A stretch of 62,842 nt of DNA, counting the filler. It is 7 parts of 7 records of this genome, joined end to end, with 100 filler letters (N's around TTAATTAATTAA, not from the genome) between each part and the next. Parts side by side here need not be neighbours in the genome. Positions count along the whole stretch, not along the records: positions 30,415 to 43,810 come from SRR20825010_5523; positions 43,911 to 48,696 come from SRR20825010_5524; 5 more parts are not named here. One strand, 5' to 3'. The notes under the pieces are model-generated. The model did not search any database. It saw only the letters and a list, made by a program, of their open reading frames with translations, and was not told where the DNA came from. The translations under genes and the position numbers were made by a program. This document shows, one piece after another, positions 38,821 through 48,796 of this stretch; within the stretch, counting starts at the first letter, position 1, and every line of letters starts with the position of its first letter.

Positions 38821-40111
38821 AATTATATTCATATGCCTACTAGGTATTTTAGGTATTAAAAACATGCAATCGCAGGAAACCTCGCTTACGCTAGAGGAAG
38901 CTATTAAATTAGCGCTCCTAAACAGCGACGAGTCAAAAATTGCAGACACTAAAGTAAACACTGCTGGCTATGAAGTAAAAGTAGCAAAAAGCAAACGGTA
39001 CCCAGATTTAAAAATTGCTGGACAATACCAACACCTTACTAAGGTTAACGCCGATATAAAATTTGATACTGGCGGACAACAAAGTGGAGCTGCAGAACCA
39101 GACATTAGCAGTTTAATGCTTGGACAAGCAACTGCTTCTGTTCCTATTTTTACAGGTTTTAAACTAAATAATTTAGTAAAAGCTAGTAAAAATAATTATG
39201 AAGCGGCTACACTTGATGCTAAAAGTAATAAAGAAGATATTGCATTACAGACAGTAAATGACTACGTAAATTTATACAAAGCCCATAAAACTGTAGCGCT
39301 TATCCAAGAGAACCTAAAAAGTGCTCAACAGCGTGTAAAAGATTTCACCGCTATGGAACAAAATGGCCTTTTAGCGAGAAATGATTTATTGAAAGCTCAA
39401 TTACAAGAATCTAATATTGAAGTTAGTTTAGAGGAAGCCAAAAAGAATGAAAAGATTTTAAACTTCAGCTTGGTAACTACCTTAAAAATGCCAAAAGACA
39501 CTAAAATTAATATTGAAGATAATAATTTTCAACTTACTCTTGGTTCTGAGTTAAATGATAGTATTCAAAGAAGCGATTTAAGAGCATTAGAATACCGAAA
39601 AGAAGCTGCTGAAAACAATATCAAAGTAGCTCAAAGTAAATACTACCCAAGTATTTCTTTAATGGGAGGTTATGTTGCATTAGACATTAAAAATGCACTT
39701 ACCATTACAGATGCTATGAATTTTGGGGTTGGAGTGTCTTATAATTTAGCTGATATTTTTAAAGCAAAAAGTGATGTTAAAGTTGCTAAAAGTCAAGCAG
39801 AAGAACTACAACATACTATAGATATGGTTCAAGATAAAATTCAGATTCAAATTGAAGATGCTACTCAAAACTACAATCTTGCCAATAAAAAATACGATGT
39901 ATATCTAAAGTCTGAAGAACAAGCTATTGAAAATTATAGAATTGTAAAAGATAAATATGACAATGGATTGGTAGACACCAACGATTTACTTGAAGCAGAT
40001 ATTGACCAGCTTCAAGCTAAAATCAATTTGGCATATTCTAAAGCAGACATCATACAAAACTATTATGAGCTTTTAAATGCTCAAGGACAAATAAACACAG
40101 ACGTACAATAA
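38810..40111 (+). CDS. TolC family outer-membrane efflux protein
   Basis: Signal peptide, LTLEEAIKLAL, two OEP repeats (AKSKRYP / AQSKYYP). Confidence 0.92.
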   Translation: MKRKIIFICLLGILGIKNMQSQETSLTLEEAIKLALLNSDESKIADTKVNTAGYEVKVAKSKRYPDLKIAGQYQHLTKVNADIKFDTGGQQSGAAEPDISSLMLGQATASVPIFTGFKLNNLVKASKNNYEAATLDAKSNKEDIALQTVNDYVNLYKAHKTVALIQENLKSAQQRVKDFTAMEQNGLLARNDLLKAQLQESNIEVSLEEAKKNEKILNFSLVTTLKMPKDTKINIEDNNFQLTLGSELNDSIQRSDLRALEYRKEAAENNIKVAQSKYYPSISLMGGYVALDIKNALTITDAMNFGVGVSYNLADIFKAKSDVKVAKSQAEELQHTIDMVQDKIQIQIEDATQNYNLANKKYDVYLKSEEQAIENYRIVKDKYDNGLVDTNDLLEADIDQLQAKINLAYSKADIIQNYYELLNAQGQINTDVQ

Positions 40112-40129
40112 TCTACTATTATCAATAAA

Positions 40130-41212
40130 ATGGAACAAAAGAAAAAAACAAACAAGAAATTCACCCTCATTATCGGTTCTTTAATCATTATAGGAATTAT
40201 ATACGGTGGAATTAAAATAGTTCATTCTTTTTCTCATGAAGAAACAGATGATGCACAAATAGAAGCTAATATGAGTCCGATAATCCCTCATGTAGGTGGT
40301 TATGTTGAAAAAGTATATGTGAGCGATAATGAAAAAGTTAAGAAAGGAGATACACTTTTCACTATTAATGATCAAGATTATATGGTACAGTTAGAGCAAG
40401 CAAAAGCTGCGCTAGCAGGAGCCGAAAGTCAATTAATAGTTGCAAAAGCAAGTATTGGTTCTTACCAAGCTAATGTAGCTACTTCTAATGCGCAAGTAAA
40501 TTCTGCAGAAGGAAATTTAGAGAATGCAAAAATTACTTTATGGAGAGCAGAAAATGATTTTAAACGTTATGAGAATTTATATAAAAATCACTCTATAACC
40601 GAACAACAATACGAAGAGGCGCTTGCTGCTAAGCAATCCGCAGAGAAACAATTAGAAGTATTAAAAAGTCAGCAAAACGCAAGTGCTAGTCAACGTAAAG
40701 CTGCGGTTTCTCAAACAGAAATTTCAGAAAAACAAGTGGCAGTTGCCGAAGCAAATGTAAAAAGTGCACAAGCACAATTAGATGCTGCGAGACTAAACTT
40801 AAGTTACACTTTTGTTACTGCGCCTATAGACGGGCAATTATCTAACGTTGATTTACAAGAAGGGCAATTTGTTCAACCAGGACAATCGTTATTTTATCTA
40901 GTAAATACTAACGATAAATGGGTGGTAGCAAACTTCAAAGAAACCCAATTAGAAAAAATGAATATTGGGCAAAAAGTAACTATAGAAGTAGATGCTTATC
41001 CTGGAGAAGAATTCAATGCGGTAATTACTGCTTTCTCTCCAGCAACAGGAGCTAAATTTTCTTTATTACCTCCAGATAATGCTTCAGGAAACTTTGTTAA
41101 AACAATACAACGTCTTCCAGTTAAAATAGATTTTTCAAAAGATAACGACACTGAAAAACTAGCAAAATTACGTTCAGGAATGAATGTTTTGGTAGATGTT
41201 CATTTAAAATAA
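40130..41212 (+). CDS. EmrA/HlyD family membrane fusion protein
   Basis: ETDDAQI, APIDG, WVVANFKETQL, FSLLPPDNASGNFVK..QRLPV. Confidence 0.95.
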   Translation: MEQKKKTNKKFTLIIGSLIIIGIIYGGIKIVHSFSHEETDDAQIEANMSPIIPHVGGYVEKVYVSDNEKVKKGDTLFTINDQDYMVQLEQAKAALAGAESQLIVAKASIGSYQANVATSNAQVNSAEGNLENAKITLWRAENDFKRYENLYKNHSITEQQYEEALAAKQSAEKQLEVLKSQQNASASQRKAAVSQTEISEKQVAVAEANVKSAQAQLDAARLNLSYTFVTAPIDGQLSNVDLQEGQFVQPGQSLFYLVNTNDKWVVANFKETQLEKMNIGQKVTIEVDAYPGEEFNAVITAFSPATGAKFSLLPPDNASGNFVKTIQRLPVKIDFSKDNDTEKLAKLRSGMNVLVDVHLK

Positions 41213-41215
41213 GTT

Positions 41216-42811
41216 ATGGCAGAAGCACAAGTTCAAGTTCAAGACGAAGACAGTTTAGTAGAATATGGTTTTACTAGGGTCATAATAACCATTACGGCTA
41301 TTCTTTGTGCCCTTCTAGAAATTATTGACACTACAATTGTTAACGTTGCATTAAACGACATGAGAGGTAGCTTAGGAGCTTCTCTTACAGATATTGCCTG
41401 GGTTATTACGGCCTATGCAATTGCAAACGTAATTATTATCCCAATGACCAGTTGGTTGTCTAAACAATTTGGGAGACGTAATTACTTTGCAGCTTCAATT
41501 ATAATATTTACTGCAGCATCCTTTTTGTGTGGAAATGCAACAAATTTATGGGAACTAGTAGCTTTCCGATTCATACAAGGTATGGGGGGCGGAGCATTAC
41601 TAGTTACGGCCCAAACAATTATTACAGAAACGTACCCTGTTGCAAAAAGAGGAATGGCACAAGCTATTTATGGAATGGGAGTAATTGTTGGTCCTACATT
41701 AGGACCTCCATTAGGTGGTTATTTAGTAGATAATTTCTCTTGGCCATATATATTTTATATCAATGTGCCTATTGGAATTATTGCCACATTTTTAACCATT
41801 ATATATATTAAAAGTCCGAAGTATGGAGAAAAGCTAAAAGCAAGTCAAGTAGACTGGTGGGGTATTATTTTTCTAGCTTCTTTTATTGGTTCCTTGCAAT
41901 ATATTTTAGAGCACGGACAACAAGACGATTGGTTTGCAGATACCACTATAATAATACTAACTATTGTATCTGGTCTAGGATTGTTATTATTTATATGGAG
42001 AGAACTTGTATATGAACACCCAATTGTAAACCTCAGAGTTTTAAAAGATTACAACCTAAGAATCGGTACTATTTTAACATTTATTCTTGGTTTTGGTTTG
42101 TATGGTTCTACCTTTATTATTCCAATTTACACCCAATCTATTTTAGGATGGACAGCCACCGATGCTGGTTTACTACTAGTTCCAAGTTCTGTTACCACCG
42201 CACTAATGATGCCTATTATTGGTAAACTTTTAGAGCGTGGAGTTCCACAAAAATACTTAGCAGCCATTGGGTTTGTAGTATTCTTTATTTATAGTTATTG
42301 GATGTATAACATGATGACTCCAGATACTGGTTCCGAACATATGTTTTGGCCTCTAGTAGCGCGTGGATTTGGGTTAGGATTACTATTTGTTCCAATAACA
42401 ACCTTATCTCTTTCTACATTAAGAGGAAAAGACATTGGAGAAGGTGCCGCATTTACAGGGATGATGAGACAATTAGGGGGATCTTTTGGGATTGCAATTA
42501 TCACTACGTTTGTTGCCAGATTAAGTCAGCAACACCGAGTGGACTTATTACCAAACCTCTCAAAAATAGATTTTAAAGTACAGGAGCGGTTGCAAGCGTA
42601 TCAACAAATGTTTATGTCGAAAGGTTTTAGTGTAAACGAATCTTTAGATAAAGCATATCAATTAATGGAAGGAAGTATTACCTTACAAAGTACGGTATTG
42701 TCTTACATGGATATATTTTTATATTTGGGGATTCTATTTCTAATTTGCGTTCCTTTTGTATTAATGATTAAAAAAGGTAAAGGCAAAGTTGATGCTTCAG
42801 CAATGCACTAA
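41216..42811 (+). CDS. EmrB/QacA (DHA2) MFS efflux permease
   Basis: IDTTIVNVAL, WVITAY, RFIQGMGGG, GPTLGPPLGG, WPYIFYINVPIG. Confidence 0.95.
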   Translation: MAEAQVQVQDEDSLVEYGFTRVIITITAILCALLEIIDTTIVNVALNDMRGSLGASLTDIAWVITAYAIANVIIIPMTSWLSKQFGRRNYFAASIIIFTAASFLCGNATNLWELVAFRFIQGMGGGALLVTAQTIITETYPVAKRGMAQAIYGMGVIVGPTLGPPLGGYLVDNFSWPYIFYINVPIGIIATFLTIIYIKSPKYGEKLKASQVDWWGIIFLASFIGSLQYILEHGQQDDWFADTTIIILTIVSGLGLLLFIWRELVYEHPIVNLRVLKDYNLRIGTILTFILGFGLYGSTFIIPIYTQSILGWTATDAGLLLVPSSVTTALMMPIIGKLLERGVPQKYLAAIGFVVFFIYSYWMYNMMTPDTGSEHMFWPLVARGFGLGLLFVPITTLSLSTLRGKDIGEGAAFTGMMRQLGGSFGIAIITTFVARLSQQHRVDLLPNLSKIDFKVQERLQAYQQMFMSKGFSVNESLDKAYQLMEGSITLQSTVLSYMDIFLYLGILFLICVPFVLMIKKGKGKVDASAMH

Positions 42812-42909
42812 CTATTTAAATGTTAAACCATTAACAATAACTTACAATTGTTTTAAGAGCCTTTTCCCAAGTTCATTTGTATCTTTAAGTAAACTAAAAA
42901 AAAGAAATT

Positions 42910-43050
42910 ATGAGCACTATTAAAGATAAAAAATGGAAAAGAAAACAAGAACAAACAAATCCTACAAACCCAACGGGAAATAGGAATATAGATACTAATA
43001 AGTTTGATATTGATGAGAAAACCATCAAAGATCAACAGAATAAAAAATAA
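42910..43050 (+). CDS. Putative 46-aa hydrophilic small protein (below the ORF-track cutoff)
   Basis: MSTIKDKKWKRKQEQTNPTNPTGNRNIDTNKFDIDEKTIKDQQNKK*; A-rich leader with A at -3. Confidence 0.4.
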   Translation: MSTIKDKKWKRKQEQTNPTNPTGNRNIDTNKFDIDEKTIKDQQNKK

Positions 43051-43087
43051 AATCCCCCAATAATTTGTACCGATAATCAATTAATTA

Positions 43088-43744
43088 TCATACAAAATAT
43101 TTAATATACTGAAGCACTCTAAAATCAATAGTATTGAGATTAGGGTGCTTCTTTTTTAGTGCTTTATATTCTGGTATAGCTCCCACCGCCCTATTTGCCG
43201 CTCCCGATGGGGCTGTTAATGAAACTGTTTTTATATTTCGATTCCCAATTTTAAATTGATACTTACGAGGTACATCCGAAGAAATAGTTTCTAATTTTAT
43301 TCCTTTATCCTTTAATTGCTTCCTAAAAAGATATTCAGGACCATTTTTACTATTTCCTCCCATAAATAAAATGGTATCAATGGTAGGATTTTCATTTAAA
43401 TAAAAAATCAAATCCCGGCATTCTATATTCTTCATCCCCAAATCTGACGCGTCTATTTGTTCTCTTTCTGCGGAAGCAACTATATCACAAATCCCAATTT
43501 GATAGGCTGCCAAAAACAATTTACGCTGCTGTATAGCTTCTTCCGTAGTTTCAAAAACTAAATTCAAACTAAAGATTCTATTTAAAATGGGCCACAAATA
43601 TCCATCTCTACTTCCGTAAGAAAAATCTACATCGCCTTCTTTAAACACTTTTTCCGTAAATCTTGGCGGAGGTAATGTTCCTACAATTAATTTAGTTGCA
43701 TTTTTAGGAATAAATGGGGAATAAGGATGTGTATGAAGAAACAT
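43088..43744 (-). CDS. Uracil-DNA glycosylase superfamily protein
   Basis: HPY.PFIP....LIVGTLPP, W..L, GICDIV, LTAPSGA motif. Confidence 0.8.
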   Translation of the reverse strand: MFLHTHPYSPFIPKNATKLIVGTLPPPRFTEKVFKEGDVDFSYGSRDGYLWPILNRIFSLNLVFETTEEAIQQRKLFLAAYQIGICDIVASAEREQIDASDLGMKNIECRDLIFYLNENPTIDTILFMGGNSKNGPEYLFRKQLKDKGIKLETISSDVPRKYQFKIGNRNIKTVSLTAPSGAANRAVGAIPEYKALKKKHPNLNTIDFRVLQYIKYFV

Positions 43745-43810
43745 ATTTTTTAATTTATTGTTGTCCGATAAAAGCTAACAGAATTTATTGGACTCCACTT
43801 ATATCAAGGT

Positions 43811-43910
43811 NNNNNNNNNNNNNNNNNNNNNNNNNNNNNNNNNNNNNNNNNNNNTTAATTAATTAANNNNNNNNNNNNNNNNNNNNNNNNNNNNNNNNNN
43901 NNNNNNNNNN
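43811..43910. other. Artificial contig spacer
   Basis: N-run/TTAATTAATTAA/N-run. Confidence 0.98.
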
Positions 43911-44065
43911 GTATTGTTTGTGGGCAATAAATCAGGTGAAGGAATGGTATCTCTTAGAGGAATGGTATCCTGTAATAGAAACGGGATGTTATTTTCTGCC
44001 ATGCTCTCATAGGAAAATCCATAGGATAGAGTAGCCAGGAGAAAAATGGTTGAGATTTTCTTCAT
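43911..44065 (-). CDS. Secreted protein, 5' fragment
   Basis: MKKISTIFLLATLSYGFS signal peptide, QDTIP/RDTIP repeats; truncated at the contig end. Confidence 0.55.
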
Positions 44066-44302
44066 AGTTGGTTAGGTTAATGGAACAATTGGCACAAATT
44101 ACCTCCATAGTTAAACCAACTACTATTCCAGTAGGTCAAGCAAAATCCTTTTACAAAGCTACCTTCATTAATTAGCCGTTTCTCAACTATTTCATTTTTA
44201 AAATTTGGGTATAGAAGTTAATGGACACTCAGTTTAATCGCAACACTTTGTGCAATAGTCACCTCAAAATGTCCTAAAGACTAATTCCTAAGTATGGGAT
44301 CA

Positions 44303-45151
44303 TTATCCTCCGACTATTTCTCCTCCATTCACATGTATGAACTGCCCGGTAATATAGGAGCTATCTTCACTAGCTAGGAAAACGTAGGCTGGAGCCACTT
44401 CACTTGGCTGACCAGCCCTGCCTAACGCAGTATCCTGACCAAACTTCTCAATATCATCAAATGTAGCCGGTATTAAGGGTGTCCATATTGGCCCTGGCGC
44501 AACTCCATTTACTCGGATTTTATCTTTAGCTAACATTAAAGCCAGTGATCTGGTGAACCCAACGATGGCACCTTTTGTACTAGCATAATCGACCAAGTGC
44601 TCACTTCCTCGATAGGTAGTCACAGAACTGGTATTGATGACGCAATCTCCAGCTTTGAATTGTGGAATAGCCAGTTTTGTTAAATGGAAAAAAGAGAAAA
44701 TATTGGTCTCAAATGTCTCCTGAAGTTGTTTAGTACTTATGGAAGTAAGCTTATCCTTAGGAAATTGTACCGCCGCATTATTAACCAAAACATTAACGCA
44801 ACCGAGCTCCTTAACACATTGATCGAAAGCTTTTTTGCAAAAATTCTCTGATTTTAGGTCTCCTTTAATTTTTAAACATTTCCTCCCCTCCTTTTCTACC
44901 AACTGCTTGGTATCATCTGCATCTTTATCCTCACTTAGATAGATTATAGCTACATCTGCCCCCTCACGGGCGAAGTGAACGGCAACGCTTTTTCCAATCC
45001 CACTATCTCCGCCGGTGATTAATGCTATTTTATTTTTTAATTTTCCACTACCCTGATAATCCTCTCGGATCACTTGAGGCACAGGTATCATTTTATGCTG
45101 ATGCCCTGGTAGCGACTGGTTTTGTTCTGTGAATTTAGTTGGCTTTTTCAT
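44303..45151 (-). CDS. SDR oxidoreductase (general-stress YdaD/YhxC-like)
   Basis: YQGSGKL, TGGDSGIG, NNAA.Q, YASTK, GPIWTPLIP, GRAGQP.EVAPAYVFLAS. Confidence 0.93.
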   Translation of the reverse strand: MKKPTKFTEQNQSLPGHQHKMIPVPQVIREDYQGSGKLKNKIALITGGDSGIGKSVAVHFAREGADVAIIYLSEDKDADDTKQLVEKEGRKCLKIKGDLKSENFCKKAFDQCVKELGCVNVLVNNAAVQFPKDKLTSISTKQLQETFETNIFSFFHLTKLAIPQFKAGDCVINTSSVTTYRGSEHLVDYASTKGAIVGFTRSLALMLAKDKIRVNGVAPGPIWTPLIPATFDDIEKFGQDTALGRAGQPSEVAPAYVFLASEDSSYITGQFIHVNGGEIVGG

Positions 45152-45173
45152 ATATAAGTTGGTTTTAAATGAT

Positions 45174-45422
45174 TCAGGAATTTCTCAAGGCATTGATTAA
45201 TTCCTTTTTAGTCATATTACTTCTGCCTTTAATACCTACCTCTTTGGCTTTGTTGTACAAATCCTGTTTAGTTCTTTCTGTGTATTCTTCTGCTTTGCCC
45301 CCTTTTTTACCCGAATTGGGAGTATTTGCAATACGGGCTGCTTTGGTTTTGCTCATGCCTTCTTCTCGGAGCGCCTCATATTTTTCATCATTTTTGATGC
45401 TAGGGCCATGGTCTTTTGTCAT
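45174..45422 (-). CDS. Small stress-type protein with a C-terminal Rho-N-like helical domain
   Basis: PSIKNDEKYEALREEGMSKTKAARIAN plus TKQDLYNKAKEVGIKGRSNMTKKELINAL. Confidence 0.8.
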   Translation of the reverse strand: MTKDHGPSIKNDEKYEALREEGMSKTKAARIANTPNSGKKGGKAEEYTERTKQDLYNKAKEVGIKGRSNMTKKELINALRNS

Positions 45423-45648
45423 GATTTCTAGGTTTTATAGTTATATACAAGCATTAGTAAATCTTCTGATTATAAACTTGAAAAGAATGCTAAGTTTTAC
45501 TCACAAGACCTAGCTATAGATTATTCATAAAAAATGCCAATTCGTAGAGACGCTCTATTGTCCAAGGATTGGAATTATACCTGTACAAAAGAATCATAAA
45601 AGGTCATAGAATGTTTTGCTGAACATTTTCAGGACAAAAACTACTAAA

Positions 45649-45837
45649 TTAGGGCTTGTTTTTTTCCTGACTTTTTTTATCAAAAAATTCCCTAGCCATT
45701 TTTAAACCTGTTGCAATAGCTAAACCTTCATCAGCATTTTCTTTTAAGATTTCGTTAGCTATCTCAGTAGCCTTCTCACGAATGTGATTTGGTTGATTCT
45801 TATAGGAAGGCGGGTAATCTCCATTGTACCAAGGCAT
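45649..45837 (-). CDS. Small YdaT/DUF2188-like protein
   Basis: MPW...DYP.S.KN....REKA.EIAN.IL.....EG.AIA pattern. Confidence 0.7.
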   Translation of the reverse strand: MPWYNGDYPPSYKNQPNHIREKATEIANEILKENADEGLAIATGLKMAREFFDKKSQEKNKP

Positions 45838-45880
45838 ATCTTACTCCTTTCTTTTCTTATAAAACATAAAACAAATACTA

Positions 45881-46384
45881 TTACCGTAAATGATTTAAAA
45901 ACCTGGCGCACAAATGAATAGTGTCTTTTGCAAAGTGAATCTGATTTTCAAGCTGATTCTCGGATACTGCCTCTAGTCTTTTAGCATAGACAATTCCCCC
46001 ATTTAAGGCAATAGCGCTATATGCGTAAAGCTCAAGTATTCCTTTCTCAGGAATTGGAGATGCAAATCCGCTAATCCCCAAGGCTAATTGTGTATCAAAC
46101 CTTTGAGCTATTTGAAGCGCCATCAATTCAGCAATATTCATAGTAACTCCTTCATTTTTTTCACATTCTTGCCTATCAATACCAAGATTGGTCAATTTTT
46201 GAGCACAGGAATAAGCAGTTAAGCCTCCCTCATAAAAGAGCCCTGCTTTTTCACAAGTACTTAACATAACTTGAAGCAGCCCAGCTGTTACACTTTCAGC
46301 CACAGATATTTTAACCTTATTATCCAAACAAAAACGTCCGATAAAATTTAAAGACTCCTTCAATTGCCCATTTTCAAGATCCAT
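45881..46384 (-). CDS. CinA C-terminal / NMN deamidase (PncC-like) family protein
   Basis: SVAESVTAGL, YEGGLTAYS...K...LG, ISGFASP. Confidence 0.85.
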   Translation of the reverse strand: MDLENGQLKESLNFIGRFCLDNKVKISVAESVTAGLLQVMLSTCEKAGLFYEGGLTAYSCAQKLTNLGIDRQECEKNEGVTMNIAELMALQIAQRFDTQLALGISGFASPIPEKGILELYAYSAIALNGGIVYAKRLEAVSENQLENQIHFAKDTIHLCARFLNHLR

Positions 46385-46668
46385 CGTTTATTACAAGTTT
46401 ATATATCAAATCTTAATACAGCCTTTGAATAATCTTACTTAAAAGACCGATCAGCTTACTCCCTCAATTCATGCTTACAATAATTCGTTTATTCAACATA
46501 AATGCCATAAATAAAACTTCAATCCATAAATCTTAGACTAGAAAGCGCAGACTGATTTCCAGTTGATCACACTATTGCATTTGGGCTAGAAGCTACTAGT
46601 TCGAAAATGGATACTCGGTCCAATCGGCATAAAAATTGGAGCGTGTATCATAAAAAAAACAAAATATT

Positions 46669-47022
46669 ATGGACTACTTGATCATCCTGTTCGCATCCAT
46701 TGCAATTATACTCGTCTTTCTTCTAATTCTTATGATCGATTCTAAAACGAGCAATAAGATAAGTAGAAGCAAAGATAAACTAACGATATGGCATCCTTTC
46801 AAACAAGAAGTCATTGATCTAAACTCCGACATTAAAAGTTGGAAATTGCAAACTGTTTCCTATTTAAGAATTGGTAAATTATATAGTCTAAACATGGAGA
46901 CTAAATCTGGCAACTGGAAAAAAGTTTTTTCTCGATCCTACGATGGAAATTTTAAAAATCTGGTTGAATACTTAGAAAAAAATCAGCCAAAACAGCACAA
47001 AAAACAATCCGCTATATATTAA
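46669..47022 (+). CDS. Hypothetical membrane-anchored protein
   Basis: 117-aa ORF with an N-terminal hydrophobic helix. Confidence 0.55.
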   Translation: MDYLIILFASIAIILVFLLILMIDSKTSNKISRSKDKLTIWHPFKQEVIDLNSDIKSWKLQTVSYLRIGKLYSLNMETKSGNWKKVFSRSYDGNFKNLVEYLEKNQPKQHKKQSAIY

Positions 47023-47204
47023 ATAATAATAGAACAAATCAAATACTCCTGACTATCTTACCCTAAGTCTGAATAAAATATTCATTAAGAATTGATTTAA
47101 TATTAGATAAGGATTTAATGGTAAATCCTTTTGTCCCTCTGTCAATAATATCAAAAGGTAAAACCTAAATATCAGCACCTTAACCACTCATTAAACTACT
47201 ATGT

Positions 47205-47564
47205 CTATGCCAATATGTTAGCAAATTCCTCTATGCAGTGCTGACAAGCTTCAATGCAATTTGTGCTTTCTTCCAGATTATACTTTAAACATTCTACTAT
47301 ACAGATTTCACATGCTTCAACGCATTTATGCATTTTTACACCTCTATCAACTTGAGTGGATTCACATGCATCAAGACAATCGACACAGCATTCCAATCCT
47401 TTCCTCATTACTTCTATAAAATCCTGCAAATCAACATTATCCTTATGAGTTGAAATAAGAATTTGAAAAGATTGGATACAACGTTCAAGTGCTATAGTAC
47501 AATTACTTTTCATAAGGGCTATTCGAGTCATAACATTTGAGTTTATTCCATTTAATCTAATCAT
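47205..47564 (-). CDS. Cys-rich four-helix-bundle copper storage (Csp3/DUF326)-like protein
   Basis: 13 Cys in CxxxC/CxxC helical spacing (CVEACEICIVEC; CIEACQHC); no signal peptide. Confidence 0.65.
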   Translation of the reverse strand: MIRLNGINSNVMTRIALMKSNCTIALERCIQSFQILISTHKDNVDLQDFIEVMRKGLECCVDCLDACESTQVDRGVKMHKCVEACEICIVECLKYNLEESTNCIEACQHCIEEFANILA

Positions 47565-48009
47565 AAATCAAATTCCTCACCATTCAGATCTTTACTAGGA
47601 ATAAGCCCCGATCCTTACTTAAATGCTTGTTTTAATTTTCAGGCACCTTGGGGCTGTGGAAAAAATTTACTCAAACTGTAGCTTTAATTCAACAGCTGAT
47701 GATTCCCCTATGCATTTTGTAGGGCTAAAATAACCAAGTTTTTCATATCGTAGAATCAATGAGCTCATAGCTAATGCATCCCTCATTTAATTCTAATGCC
47801 CTGTTATATCGAAAAAACATAGGTTGGAAACAATTGAACAGGTTCGAAGAAAACACTTTGCCATTCTAAAATTCGAATAGCATGATTTTAAAAAAATCAA
47901 GTCTAATGGAATCTATGACTGGCAAAAATATTGAAACAATTTCAACATTAATTCAATAAAAATATAATAACGACAACTCTGCCAGCCGGAGGAAATTTTC
48001 AACCGACCG

Positions 48010-48414
48010 ATGAACTACCAAGAACAAAAAACATACACTAGCGTACTTTTAATCCAAGGCTCATATTATTCCATCCTAGGCATGCTTTTAATATTCCTTG
48101 GTAATTTTAGTCCTTTCTATATAATTCCAGATTCAGCAGAAGCAGGGTCAGCATCCAAGTTAATAGGCGGTTTACTATTTTCCATCGGCGTAACTCTTTT
48201 GATATCCCACCGAAAATTCAAACAAAATAATTCAATTTTTTTACTCGGATTTCTCACCTCCCTCACCTTCTCCCTTCACCACACTTTCTTTCTATATCAT
48301 TACGAAGCCATGTTTTACATGAGTATTGACCTGATTTTAGAGCTTAGCTATTTACTCGTTTGGATTTGGTTGAGCTATTGGAAATGGATTGAAAACAAAT
48401 TTGCTGATTTATGA
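48010..48414 (+). CDS. Hypothetical 4-TM membrane protein
   Basis: Four hydrophobic segments in 134 aa. Confidence 0.6.
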   Translation: MNYQEQKTYTSVLLIQGSYYSILGMLLIFLGNFSPFYIIPDSAEAGSASKLIGGLLFSIGVTLLISHRKFKQNNSIFLLGFLTSLTFSLHHTFFLYHYEAMFYMSIDLILELSYLLVWIWLSYWKWIENKFADL

Positions 48415-48492
48415 ACCAAGTTAATATATGTCGCTAAAAAATTATAGAAAATGTAAACAAACAGCCCATGTTATCTCAAGCATTAAACAGAT

Positions 48493-48696
48493 ATGAATAA
48501 TTTCATTATTTCCATTCTGGTAATCGGAGTAGTAACATTTTCTATGGGTTGGATGCCATTTATAGCCAAGAAAACTAGGATTTCCTTTGCCCTCTTTTAT
48601 GTATTGATAGGCATTATACTTTACACCCTGCTTGGAACGAAATTACCAGATCCTTTACCTAAGAATAATAATACAATAGTCCTCCATCTGACTGAG
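48493..48696 (+). CDS. Membrane protein, probable cation:proton antiporter; 5' fragment
   Basis: Two TM helices then LPDP...LHLTE; truncated at the contig end. Confidence 0.5.
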
Positions 48697-48796
48697 NNNN
48701 NNNNNNNNNNNNNNNNNNNNNNNNNNNNNNNNNNNNNNNNTTAATTAATTAANNNNNNNNNNNNNNNNNNNNNNNNNNNNNNNNNNNNNNNNNNNN
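48697..48796. other. Artificial contig spacer
   Basis: N-run/TTAATTAATTAA/N-run. Confidence 0.98.

Noticed and set aside
45169-45513. 114-aa hydrophobic plus-strand ORF
   Set aside because: Antisense to the recognisable small stress protein at 45174-45422
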